Assembly: GCA_051294375.1 (NCBI GenBank)
Contig: CM119268.1
Span: 20,130,531 to 20,194,530, forward strand
Direction: 5' to 3'
Source of the DNA: Paraspadella gotoi
Taxonomy: Eukaryota > Animalia > Chaetognatha
Length of the DNA stretch: 64,000 nt
In this document: positions 11,668 through 24,400 of the stretch, piece by piece
How positions within the stretch are numbered: position 1 is the stretch's first letter
Layout of the letters: each line of letters opens with the position of its first letter
Made by a program: the position numbers and the translations under genes
The notes under the pieces: generated by a model
The model's input: only the letters and a program-made list of their open reading frames with translations
What the model was told of the DNA's origin: nothing
Databases searched by the model: none

Positions 11668-14600
11668 CCGGTCCCGGATTCGCGTTGTATTTATAAACAA
11701 ATCGAATGGCGCCGACGTTGAAGGGGGCGTTCCCGTCTTCCGCGTTGGCCGAGTATTCGAAGCAGAGGTTGTAGGCATCGGGGCCTGGAAGGAGGTTTTT
11801 TTGGGGGGAAGTGGAAGAGGGGGTATAGAAGGGGGGTTGGGAGAAGGGGAAAGACGAAGAAAAATGGAAGGTAGAGAAGAGGGAAATGGTGCAGAAGAAG
11901 AAATAATAAAAATTAAAAATGTTCGAATTGTAATAACTGAATTACTGTCATCAGGTTGATGATTCTGCGAGATACAACTCCCACCGTCCGTCGAACGCTG
12001 CTTGCAACTATTTGTTGTCCTAAACCTGTTGTACCCAACCCAATCGAACCAGGCGTGTCCGAGTACATATTGTCCTTCCCCGGTCGGGGTTGTCCAGCCT
12101 CGATCATGCCATACGAGGTCGCGAGAAGGGGCTGCGTCTTGGAGAAGCTCGTTTGCTGCGTCGAATTTCAGGAAAATTATCATATTAACGAAATTGGTAG
12201 CACTGTTACATACAAGGTGACACACAACAGCCCGCCGCTTACAAAAAACCCTTATTTGCAAACTTGTGAAGATTTTTTTAATCTGAAAGATTTTTTCTGT
12301 AGTAAAAACCTAAACTATTTATATATTGGTTATGATTTGAATTGGCAATGACCGGGAAAAGGTTGCTTTAAAAATCGTCTTTCATTTTAAAACAAATCTT
12401 TTTCAATCTTTTTGAGTAACTTTATGAAAAATTTTTTAAAAACTTTTATATAAAAAGGTTTCAATATCTTCTGAAAGCTCTTGAAAATGTGAAAAAAATA
12501 ATATATTTAAGAATATTGTAACATGAAAATAAGCTTAACCAGCTTTAGTTTAATCAAGATAATCCAAATTGAAATTATAAAATCCTAAAATATATTTTTT
12601 TCAAATATCTGACCTATTTTTACGAGAACGTGGTCCTCAAATAGAAAAAAAGTGTGCTACTACGCAAGGAAGACAAAAATCCTGGGCTTCAGTATCTCCA
12701 AGACTGTAGTCTGGCAAGCTTCCTATGGGACGGGTTGGAATATCTTTACAAAACCTTGGGAATATTACCTTGGTACCAAAATAAAAGATTTGAGATAGAA
12801 CGATTTTTTGTTTACAAAGCCAAAAGGTTCGTAATATAAATCGGGTTACTCCAATATGCAAATGAGATTAACGTTTCACAGTAAAATTGTAATTTAATAA
12901 AAACTTATTAATCTAATATAAAAATTTAAATAAATGTTATAAAATCAAATTAAAAAGCTAGTATGTATTGTTTGATCAGCAGATAGGATAAAAAAAATAA
13001 TATTAAGCAATAAAAAGCATATGAAAATACTATTGCAATGAAGGTTTCTTGTAACTTAATCCTTAAAGATAGTAAGACAGTGAAGCAATGACAAAAAGCC
13101 ATTGAGACAGAGAGAGATTCAGTTCAATCAGTTTTTTGTTTTGCTCTTAACCATTTTGGTACTGTTTACTTGAATAATATTAAAATACTTTAATAGCAAG
13201 GATTCTTCAGATGCTTTCCTTTCCAGCGCTCTCTTCAATTAACTTCAGAGTAACAGAGTAAAAACTATGTAAACCGTCTGGTAGACTCGCCGTTCAACAA
13301 AAAAAATTTAAATTGCTCTTCGCGAAATGCTTTGTTTTGATTTTGTCTACAATTAATAATTCTTCTATCAGTCGTAATACTATGCCACCCAAAGATAATC
13401 TTTGAAGAAATTCGTGACTTAGTGAGCGATGTAAAAGAATTAATAGGCTTTAAAACAAAATTTATAGTAACTGAAGTTAAAAGAATCATGATTGATAAAA
13501 ACTAAAAGCTTAAAAAGCAAATTCAAAAAAAGCTCCATTCAACCGAAGAACAGCTGGAGAAGGAGCGAGCCCATTGCTCTTCGCCTGCCTCTCCAGCCTC
13601 ATACAACGCCGGAGATTTGGATATGACAAAAAATAGAAAATCTCCACGCTGCCGAAATGCTCCGAATTCGCCGGTGACTTTGTTGGCGACTTCGACGGCG
13701 ATTTTGCCATCGACTTTACCATCTACTTTTGAATCTCGATTCAAATAGAATCTTTTTTATTAAAAATTAAAAACTCGTTTTTATTAATCAACAAATGTAA
13801 AGCTACATTCAGAAAGTGTTGAAACAAAAACTAAATGAACTCGTTAATGTTTCTAACCAATCAATTCATCTCTAATCGAATCTGAGTTATTTCTCAATTG
13901 GTTAAATAAATAAACAATCATCTTAACGTTAAACGAATCACCTTCCCTGCGACTTAATCACCTCCGCTAATCACCTTCGGTTCCAACGTCTTAGAACTGA
14001 CTCATTTCAGTTGGTCAGTCAGTTCGTCATGCTGTGGCCTGTCTCTGTGAGCTAACCACACTTTGCCATTGATTTCGCGGCATTTTTGCTAAAAAAAAGG
14101 TTTTTGTTTTTTATTCCATTTTTTTAAGGAATCAAACGAGGAATTTCGAGAAGAGGAATTTAAAAATATTTTTTTTGTTGAACGGCGAGTCCACGAGGCG
14201 GTTTGCGTAGTTTTTACTGTCGAGGGTCGCGCGTTCGAGGCGTTGGCCATCGGATGAACTGGCTGTAACAGGGAGCAAGTTTTTTATAAATCTCAAAGAG
14301 ATATAAATGACGAATAAATCGTGAATAAGTTTATTCTTGTAGAAGTAAATAAATGGGGAAATAAGTGTCGTACAATAAATTCATAAAGAAAATCCTTGGA
14401 TTTTGTAAAAACTACGGTTCCAGATGGCCGTTCTTTTCCTGTGAAACGATTATGATTGAGTGATAAGTGAAAAGGTTTTCGGCTAAAAGAAGGCTACGAG
14501 AAAGAAAAGACTGGTCTGAAAAGGTCAACTAAATGACCTGAGAAAATGACCGGACGCGAGGTTACAAAATCTTTCAATGAGAGTAAAAAAAATTAGTATT

Positions 14601-17600
14601 ATTTAAGAATTTTAATTTTGGAACCACTTAGAGGTTATTAAAAAAGCGAGGGTAAATTTTTCATTTGTCATGGGTAAGGGTCAGTTTTATCAAATTCCAA
14701 CTTTTAATTATTATAAAGCCTATATCCAGCAATTATACTTTTGGCTCAATCTGTATCTTTCTCTCAGCTCTATCATTATCTTGTATACTACGGCGAAAAA
14801 AAATCTACTTTTTCACATCGAAAAAAAACGTATTTGATGGCTGAATTTGACAAAGGTATAGAAATNNNNNNNNNNAAATGTTTATAATATGGAATAATCT
14901 AATATTCTTGCACCAATCGATAGCTTATTAAAAAATCTATATTTTTAAAAATATTTTCTTAGACATTATAATCCTTTTGTTTCGTTGTGGTTGAGATTTA
15001 GAGAAGAATTTGAAATGGATTCAACAACGATTTATTTGAAACAATAATAATAACGGACATGTTTCGGCTCTTTTTCAAGCGCTGATGAAGGCTTGAACAA
15101 GAGCCGAAACATGTCCGTTATTATTATTGTTTCAAATAAATCGTTGTTGAATCCATTTCAAACTCTCCTCTAAATATTTTCTTAAAATTAAAAAGAAATA
15201 GTTGTTGTACCAATTTGATAATGAAAATGAAAAAAATTACAAAATGGTAAAAATTCGAAAGCCATGTTAATGTTATTAGATAAATTAGCTTTTTCAAATA
15301 TTTTTTTATGATACAGAATTCACATAAACAACTATCAAAACAAATTAAAACATATTTCTTAATTGTTTTTAAAAAATAGTTATTATTAATTTGTTTATGC
15401 TCGTTTTTGCCTTATATTCAACCTTACGAAGACGCATTAATCTCATTTGCATATTCGAGTCACTCGATTTTTATTACTAACCTTTTGAGCATAATTGACC
15501 GACCGGTTGTGTATCTAATTTCCATTAAATATGGTTCTGATCATATATTGAAAGTTTTTTGAAAATCTGAATCTAGATTCAGGCACTACCAAGAGCAAAC
15601 TTATGCCGCAAAGAGAGAAGCTCGACGCTGTCGAGGTCAAGCTGAAGTCGCTAAAAACCCAGAAAGAGCTCAGGGCAATGCTAGCGTCATTAAACTATTA
15701 TAGATGCTTCACTCATCGGTTTTCATACATTGCCCAATGCCCAACCTATCCACGCCCTCACCCTGCTGGACAAGAAAGACTTTAAACTGACGGCCAAACA
15801 CATGGAAATGCTACAATTGCTCGTCGAGGAGATCAGATCATTCCCTGGTTTAAACTTCCTCAACGACGCAAGAATCAAACATGGGTCATACAGAATTTAT
15901 GCAGACGCCAGCACAAGCGCAATGGGCGGGTTAATCACCACTACCGCAGACGGCGTCGAATATCCGCTGTCTTTTCACTCGAAATCTTTCCCAGATGAGT
16001 ACATAATAAAACACATCAACATCTTGGAAACACTCGCTTTCAATATGATGGTCCGAAAGTTTAAAGGCTACACCTGCGGACGAAGCGTCACCCTCGTCAC
16101 TGATTCATAATATTTCAAGAGAGTGATGGATCTCCAACATGATAGACAACAACTACTGCCCACAAACGTACTCGGATGGATAACGGAAATCAGACAAGAG
16201 TGTCAGCCCAAGGAGGTCGTCCTCGTCAAGAGCGAAGACAACCCAGCCAATTTTCTGACCCGTTTCATGGACCAAGGCCAAGTGACACCCCTTGACACAC
16301 CCTTCTTTCCAGCAGGATTTGACGTAACTGGAGAATATGAGCCGGGTTTTGCGGAAAACCCCGTATATGATCAAGAAACCCCAGAACATTTAGAACTCGT
16401 CAAGGGACACGCCCCGACACTGGCGCTAGTAGCAAAAGCATTGATGGAGGACACCAAAACCTTCAGGGCAAAGTTTTTCGAATTTGTGAGACAAAGATTC
16501 TCAATGAGGAAAGCAAACATCGAAAAACTGTACGGCAAACCTAGGAACGAAGGATCCTGACAATATCCGCCAAAGACTGGAGCCTTGGCCATCCCGAGTT
16601 AGAAATGCTCAGAGAGATGACTGGAATCATCTTGATCATGATGGACGAGGACTCGACTAAAGAGACGGGTTGCAAATTTGAGAGAGTGTATGGCCTCCCA
16701 ACAAACGACAGAATGCTGAGAATCTTCAGAACTATCACCGGGCAGGTCAGCCTGGTCACGCCTCTACGACCCATCAACTCAGGACCCATCCAGACAATCA
16801 AGGTCGACACACTCAAACAACCTTAGCGAAGAGGACGGCCCAGTGTCTCCAAGGTAGACACTCGAGATGTAGACACACTGCCACAAGACTTTATAAACAT
16901 CCAGCTGGGTACAGCAAATGCCAAAGCCCCAGCAGCGCAAACCGCCGAGACCTCTCACACAATAGAAGTAATAAAAACGGACGCCAACCAGGAGATCATG
17001 ATGGACAGCACTCTTGAAGCAGACATCGACACAACAGAAACTGAGGTTGCCATGGAAATCAACCAACCGCTAAAAAGACAACCAAACCTCGTTCCACTCG
17101 CTGCTGAGGTAAAAAGATGGCAAGAAAAAGTCCTTCAAATTGGTCGTCGACTCCCTCAAAAACGGCAACAGAGAGGAGGCAAGACAAAAACGGAACGAGA
17201 AAATGCAAAAAAGAAAAACGGTAACTGAAAAGTATTTGTCGAACTGCCTGGATAATTTTGACATCACTAACAACGACATCCTCATCATAAAAGGCTTTAA
17301 GGTAGACACGCCTACCAGGAAATTTGTTGTGCCAGCCCAAAAGGCCGAAACCATCACCAAACAATTCCACGAACCATTCGGGCACCCTGGCCGTGACCGC
17401 ACAATATTCATAACGCACAGTACGTCTCAGCCCCCGGTCTAACAACAGCCGCGGCAAAGTGTCTTAGAAATTGTGACAACTGCGCCAAAGTGATGGACAC
17501 GCAAAAACATAATGAAACTCCATCAGCTCCTAATCTAGCGATCGCACCCTGGGAGTCACTAAGCATCGACGTCATGCATCTTCCCCAAGTCTCTGGACAT

Positions 17601-18345
17601 AATTATATCCTAGTCGCATCGGACAACGCCTCCGCCTACACCTGGGCGATCCCATTGTGGGGGGGGTTTCGATAAGAATCATAATTCCATCCAGAATTAC
17701 AGATTCTCTATTCGAAACCCCCCCCACATTAGCCTCAGTAACGAGAAAAACGCGGCGTGTGAACAAAAAATATAAAAAATAAAAACGAAAGAAAGAAAGA
17801 AAAGAGAAACAAAAAATTTTATGGAGGGGCAAATACAAGCATTTGCAAACGACTTCGAATAAAGGAACAACCCAAATTTAACGCTCACCGGCGGAAATCT
17901 CCATCTCCCGGCGAGGCGAATCCTGCATTTCCTTGAAAACCCGTTGAGGGCGTCCTTCAAAATACTTCCAGGCCTCCAGCCGATTGCGCTCGCCTCCCAG
18001 GGCTGCGCGTAGGCTGTCCACCCCCCGAACCGACACCACTGGTGCCGGGTTGCGGCGCCCCTGCGCGCGCGGTCCGAGGCGCTGTAACCGAGTTAACGGA
18101 AGACAGCGCCTAAAACAGAGGGGGTGGAGAGAAACACCGACCGGGGCGCGAGGCATCTTGCGACGCAGTCGCGCCCACGTGAATCTCAGGGTCCCTCCAA
18201 CCCTTGGTCGAAACCGAAGATTTCGTCGAATTGCGATCGCGCGATCCTTTTCGAGGTTTATCGCGCGATTTCTTACGATAGAAAGGAAAAGATTTCGTCC
18301 CTACTCAGATTCGTCGAAAAACAAGTTCAGCGGCGGTCCAGCTTC

Positions 18346-18400
<55 letters not shown>

Positions 18401-21400
18401 CATACACGCATTTGTTTGTTTTATTTACGATGAATGATTCATCGCGTCAATGAATGACTATCATCGCATCAATGAATGATTATCATCAAATCAATGAATG
18501 ATTATCATCACATCAATGAATGACTATCATCGCATCAATCATTTGATTATCATCACATCAGTTATTTTGTTATCATCGCATCAATTATTGGTTATCATCG
18601 CATCAATATTTGGTTATCATCGCATCAATATTTGGTTACCATCGAAAGCAGGCTCGATCCTTATTATTATTATCATTATTTTTGTTTATTATTATCCTTA
18701 TCATTATATTTGTTTATTAGCGTCTTCGTTTTTATTATTATTATCATTATTTTTATTAGCGTCTCTTTGTTTTTATATACGTGATTTAGTCTTTGTTTTA
18801 TATATGTGATGAACTCTTATACTTATGTGATATAGTTTTTTGTGTGTTTGTCAGCGTCTCATTTCTTTTTTAGCGTCTCATTTTTTGTGTATTTGTTAGT
18901 GTCTCATTTCTTTTTTAGCGTCTCTTTGTCTCTTTGTTTTTATTAGCGTCTTTTGTTTTTATTAGTGTCTCTTTCTGTTGATTTGCGTGCTTGTATATAT
19001 GTATGTATATGTATATGTGTATGTGTGTATATATTAGTGCTGCATAAATGTTAAAATACACCAGATAGCTCGTTACGACTTTTTAATACGTTTTTTTTGG
19101 TCTGTAAGAGATAGGGGACCTTTCAAAACCTAAAAAAGTTGACCGGAATAAAACTCACAAAAGCCTGGAAATGATCGAGTAACATCGCTTTTCTAGAAAA
19201 AATGAAGATAAAAGAAATTGAAGAAATTCAGACGTATTCTTTAAACAAAAGTATTATTTCCATGACATCTTAATTGAATATAGTAAGAATCTATACAGTT
19301 TATATTAAAAAGTAATGTAAATTGAAAAATTATGTTTAATATGATTTTGTATTAATGTTATATAATAATAAATATAATAAATATATAAATATAATAATAA
19401 ATTACTTTTTAATGAATACAGTGCGACAGGCTGGAATTGAGATAAAAAAAATTATCTCGCTTTTCGACAAGGAATATAATTCCATGATGCATATTGGTAA
19501 TAACTCTCTAAATCGCGTAAATTATAATTTACGCCCACTGATGAGCGAAATGGTAGGTTATCGGGCATTTTATGACCGATGCGTAAGTCTGGACAAGTCC
19601 CATCTTGACAGTTAGATATTGCTTTCAATTTATTGAGCGCTAAATTCATGAACGACTATTTTTTTCATCATGGATTTTTCTCCGGAAAATTCACGCAAAA
19701 CTGGTGGAAAGTCTTTTTCGGATAATCAGATATCAGAATCTTCGCGAAAAGGCAAAGGTGGCGTCAGAAAAAAAGATCATGATCTTAAAACTCGTAGCCA
19801 AACATCAAAATATGACACAATGAAAAATAACGTGGCGAAACGGTCTCGTGCTGATTTTGTCCGTTTAAAATTGTTTCTGAGCCAAATTAATTGATCATTA
19901 CTTTTGGTAATATGTGCGATATACACTACTGGACATTACTGTATCTGACCATAACCCTTGACCATCAACAAAAAAGCTAACTAGATCAAAAATAGTAAAA
20001 AAGATGAAGCAATATAGCTCGAAACGCTTACAAAATTTTAGACCATTGCTTTTATAAATGCAAAAAAAATATTAATATTATTAAAACAAAACTTTAACGA
20101 TAACCTAATAGTTAACCGAGACCAAAATGAATATTTTTTACCCTTCATTTCCTCAATTTATATGAATCATTTGTTTGTAATTATTCAATTAATCTAAATA
20201 ATAATATGACAAATTCATTTTCAATTTTCTTTATGAATGGGAAGTTTTCTCTGCTTACTCCCCTTGTGTCTAATTATTTAATATTTTAAAAGTATTTTCA
20301 AAAACCTTATATAATTACTATATTTTTCACTTTTTTTCAATTCTTTCAAACAAAAACAACATAAAAACATTTTAAATTAATAAAAAAAAATTCATGAGTC
20401 AGGAAAAAAAATTTGCAATTCTAAAAAAATTAGCCTCTAGCCTTTCGATTTTTCTAGAGGCTGATTTTTTTATTTTTTTGATATTTTGATTTTCTATGCA
20501 AAACCATTATTCTCAATGAGCATAGGTCGGACGAAATTTTTTTTCCAACAATTTGAAACAATTTCAACTTTTCTAATTAGGCTTTTTTGGGGGAAATAAA
20601 TAAATAAATTATTATACGATGGGTACATCTGAAAGTGATATGTCTCTAAATGACAAAAAACTTTTCTTCAAGTTTTATTTTGAAATTTAAGTATTGTACC
20701 AATAGAAATAAGTGAGATAATCCCGCTTTGCCGAAATATTTATTTAACAAAGATTTGTACTACGTAATTTTTAAAAAAAAAATTTTTTAAATAACTTTTG
20801 AAAGAAAAGAGGTAGCAAGGTGGATGTGGTATCAAATTAAAGCCTTAATCGTGGGACACCTTTTTATATAGTTTTATTAAATTAAATCCATAAATCTTTA
20901 CACAGCTTTTTGTTTAAATCAGAGTTAAAAGTATAACAGTTTTTTGCTTTAAAAATTTCAATGAAGGCATATAATTTTTTTTTTCTTTTGTAATTTGAAA
21001 AAGGAAAGACTGAATTATATTTTGTTTATTATTAAATTTTTTTTATTCCATAAAATTGCTTTTATTTTTAGTTAAAGTAAAAAAACAAGCAAAAATTTAT
21101 ATTGTAGCTTGATAAATGTATTTTTAAATATTAAAAATGATAAATACAAAAATGTTTTCAGCTTGATATAAACAGTCTGGACATCTATCTTCTTGTCTGT
21201 GAAAAAAAATCGTCGTTTTTTATTATCTTTAACTGCAAACTAAAAGCTTAACACACTGCTTGTTTATCATAATAAAGTTGTAAAAAATTATATAGCTGGT
21301 AACATATTTGACAAAGCAAAACATCATTGTGTTAAATTGTATTGATAATTTTTTTTTAAATATAGCAAGGAATTTAATTCTATTATTTATCATCCATTTT

Positions 21401-24400
21401 AATTAAGAAAAAATATTTTCTCGTAATAGCCCATTGGAAAGGGTTCATTGACTGACTTAATGATGAAATTTTTTAGATTTCTTTACTGCCCCCATTTCAC
21501 AAGATATAAAAGGTCATGGTTATCATGTCAGTAAGTCCAGATTATCTGTACCCTTTCTGCAACCTGCATTCCAAATTTTCTTTTTTTCCCTTTCAATGTA
21601 TTAAATAAAAAAATTATTTGAGAGAACAATCGGCGTGGAGGATGCCATTGGTAAGCCTTAGTTACCCCACTTCCCGATCGAATTTTTAAATGAGGTTTTT
21701 TTTCATCTATTTGAAACATAACACTAACTATTAATACTATTATTTTTTTTTCTATTACAGTTCTATGAATAAATATGAATAAGTAACTTTTTAAAAAAAA
21801 TTATCATCTTTCACCCTATATTCAGTCATATCTAAAAAATAAAAAAAGATTTTGCATTGATATTTTGGATATCAACATATGAAACTATAACATTTCAAAA
21901 AATAAAAAAAAATATAATAATATTGAACAGTGAATTTTTTTTATGCACGGAACAGTAACGTTACGCCATTTTTCATTGTGTCATATGGCGATCTTCACAT
22001 TGGTAAATTTCGGGTTAAAATCATAATTAAAAAGGTTTAAAAAACATTATAATTGTATTTTAGTTTTCCATCACAATTTTTTCTCAAATTATAATGCTAT
22101 AGATATAAAACGAAATTTTTCTTCTGAATAAAAAGTTTAATGCCATTGTAATTTTCTAGGTTCACCAGAAGGTGAATTTGTTGGGGTTTTTTACCCGAAC
22201 AAAGGTAGAGTATTGAGACGTATCATGTATGAAATGGAATTACAAGCTGGTCACAAATCTCTCATATTTCGTCGTGTCAGCAAGCTTCACGGAAATGCAA
22301 CGTTTGCCCGAACGAAAAGATCGAAATGAAAAAGTAATAAAATTGAAATAATAAAAAATGATATAAGAAATTATGTAGTTATGATGTCTTAAATTCTTCT
22401 GTTGCATTGGCCAGGTTTCTGCATTCATGGCCTCGCTTGATGAGTTGTCTGACCTGACTCCGATCGATGTTTGTGAACAAATAATGAATGACCGTTTGCG
22501 CTCACCGGAAGACAAAACGGAGGATGTACAGTTCGTTGAGGCAATCCGTGCGAACAAACCAGCAGTTCTTGGCGCTCTCGACTTACAAAGAATAAAAAAG
22601 TTCGATCGTATTGCCCTTCGAGTTGAAAAACAGCGACAGAGAGAATAGAAGGAAAAATTGCGCGAACGGGTAATTTTTTCTCTCTTTCAATCTCTCTCAC
22701 TCTCTCTCACACACAATTTTTTCGTAAGGCTTCTTTATGTTTATATTATTGTTTATGAACTGGAAGCAAACCTCTTAGTTTCATGGGATTTAGTTGATAT
22801 GGGCGGAGAAGCTTCCCAACAAGAAAGTGATGATAGGAATGATGCCACTTATCTTCCATCAACTCCGTCTGGCGCGAAAAAGCGCCCTGACGTGATAGAA
22901 TTGAAGTTGGTTCAAAAAGACCTTCGGTGGATCCGCGATCTCATTCCTGTCGCTGATCGAATCCAGCTGACCAACTCGAAAATGTTTTATCTTCTTTCTG
23001 AACTTTTAAAGAGTGGTGGGTTTTCCTTGGAAAACGCTTCCCTTTCTCGTGAAACAATACGTACAGTTCGCCTTGAAGAACAAAATAAAAATATGGATAT
23101 GATAATGGTGAGAAATGATTCATTACTTTTTAATTCTAATTTAAAGTAACTTATTTGGCCATGTAAACCAGCTAAAAATTTCACTAGATATAAAACATTG
23201 AGGCCGAGTTACCTCGACTCTCTCTCTCTTTTCCCTCAACGACCACATGACCTCAGACCTCAGGTCATTGGTCTCGTCGTCCCGAGCTTCAACGGGTTTC
23301 TTCGGTCGTGGCCGTAGCCACGAGAGACACAACCAATTCAACCTTTCATCCCGTAACATCGTTTTGTCTCTCCACTGTGTATTAGTTATTTTATAAAATT
23401 TTTTAAAAAAATTATCAGGCGCTGCCTTTTCTGAATGGTTTAAAAACGAGTTTAGGCTCTTTCTGTCTCTCTCAGTCTCTCTCTGTCTCTCTCTGTGTGT
23501 GTCTGTCTCTCTCTGTACGATCTCTTGCGTGATCGTTCGTTTTTAAAAAAATTCTGACTATTTTTTTCTTTGTAAAAAAAACAAGTTTAAGCAAACAATG
23601 TTGGATCTGGCAATTAATTAATTAATTTGATGCGAAATATTTGTTTTGATTGATTAATTGACTAATTAATTATTGATTAATTAATTGACTAATTGATTAA
23701 TTAACTGATTAATTATTTGATTTATTAATACATCCTGCATATACATTTAATATAAAAGGAAAAAGAAGCATAATCAATTAGTAAAACAGGTTTTTTGTTT
23801 TTTTCCATTTAAACTCATTTCCACTCAAACTATTCCATCGAAACTTGATTTCCTGTTCAATCACACACTTTCCTACCCACATACAAAATTCCAGGTCAAT
23901 CAGCCCATCCACTCATGAGCAATTGGTGTTCAAATAGTTAATATATTTTTTTTGTTTTTTCCATTTAAACTCATTTCCACTCAGACGATTCCATCGAAAC
24001 TTCATATCCAGCTCAATCACACACTTCCCTAGCCACACACAAAATTTCATTTAAATCCATCCATCCAATCACGAGTAATTGGTGTTTTTTGCTAAGGTGG
24101 GACGGACGGACGGACGGACGGACGGACGGACATCTTTTTTTTTGCATAATTTATCATAATTCGATGTTCTGACATGATATAAGTGTGTGCCCGACAATAT
24201 TGAGGGGGCGGACCGACGGACCGACAAAGTGAGTTATAGAGTCGGGATCTGCTGATAAGCAGATCCGACTAAAAATTGAAAATTTGGGGAGAAATATAAA
24301 AAATGGTTAGGAGAAGGAAAAAATATGTATGTCGGACTATCCATCCATTGCTTTTAAAATTGTGTTCAAAAAACATCATTCCTACACTCTAAACAATCAC

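Noticed and set aside
17656-17728. 72-bp TGTGGGGGGG...CCCCCCCACA inverted repeat as an independent MITE
   Set aside because: No TSD and a single copy; it only marks the truncation point of the Gypsy fragment.
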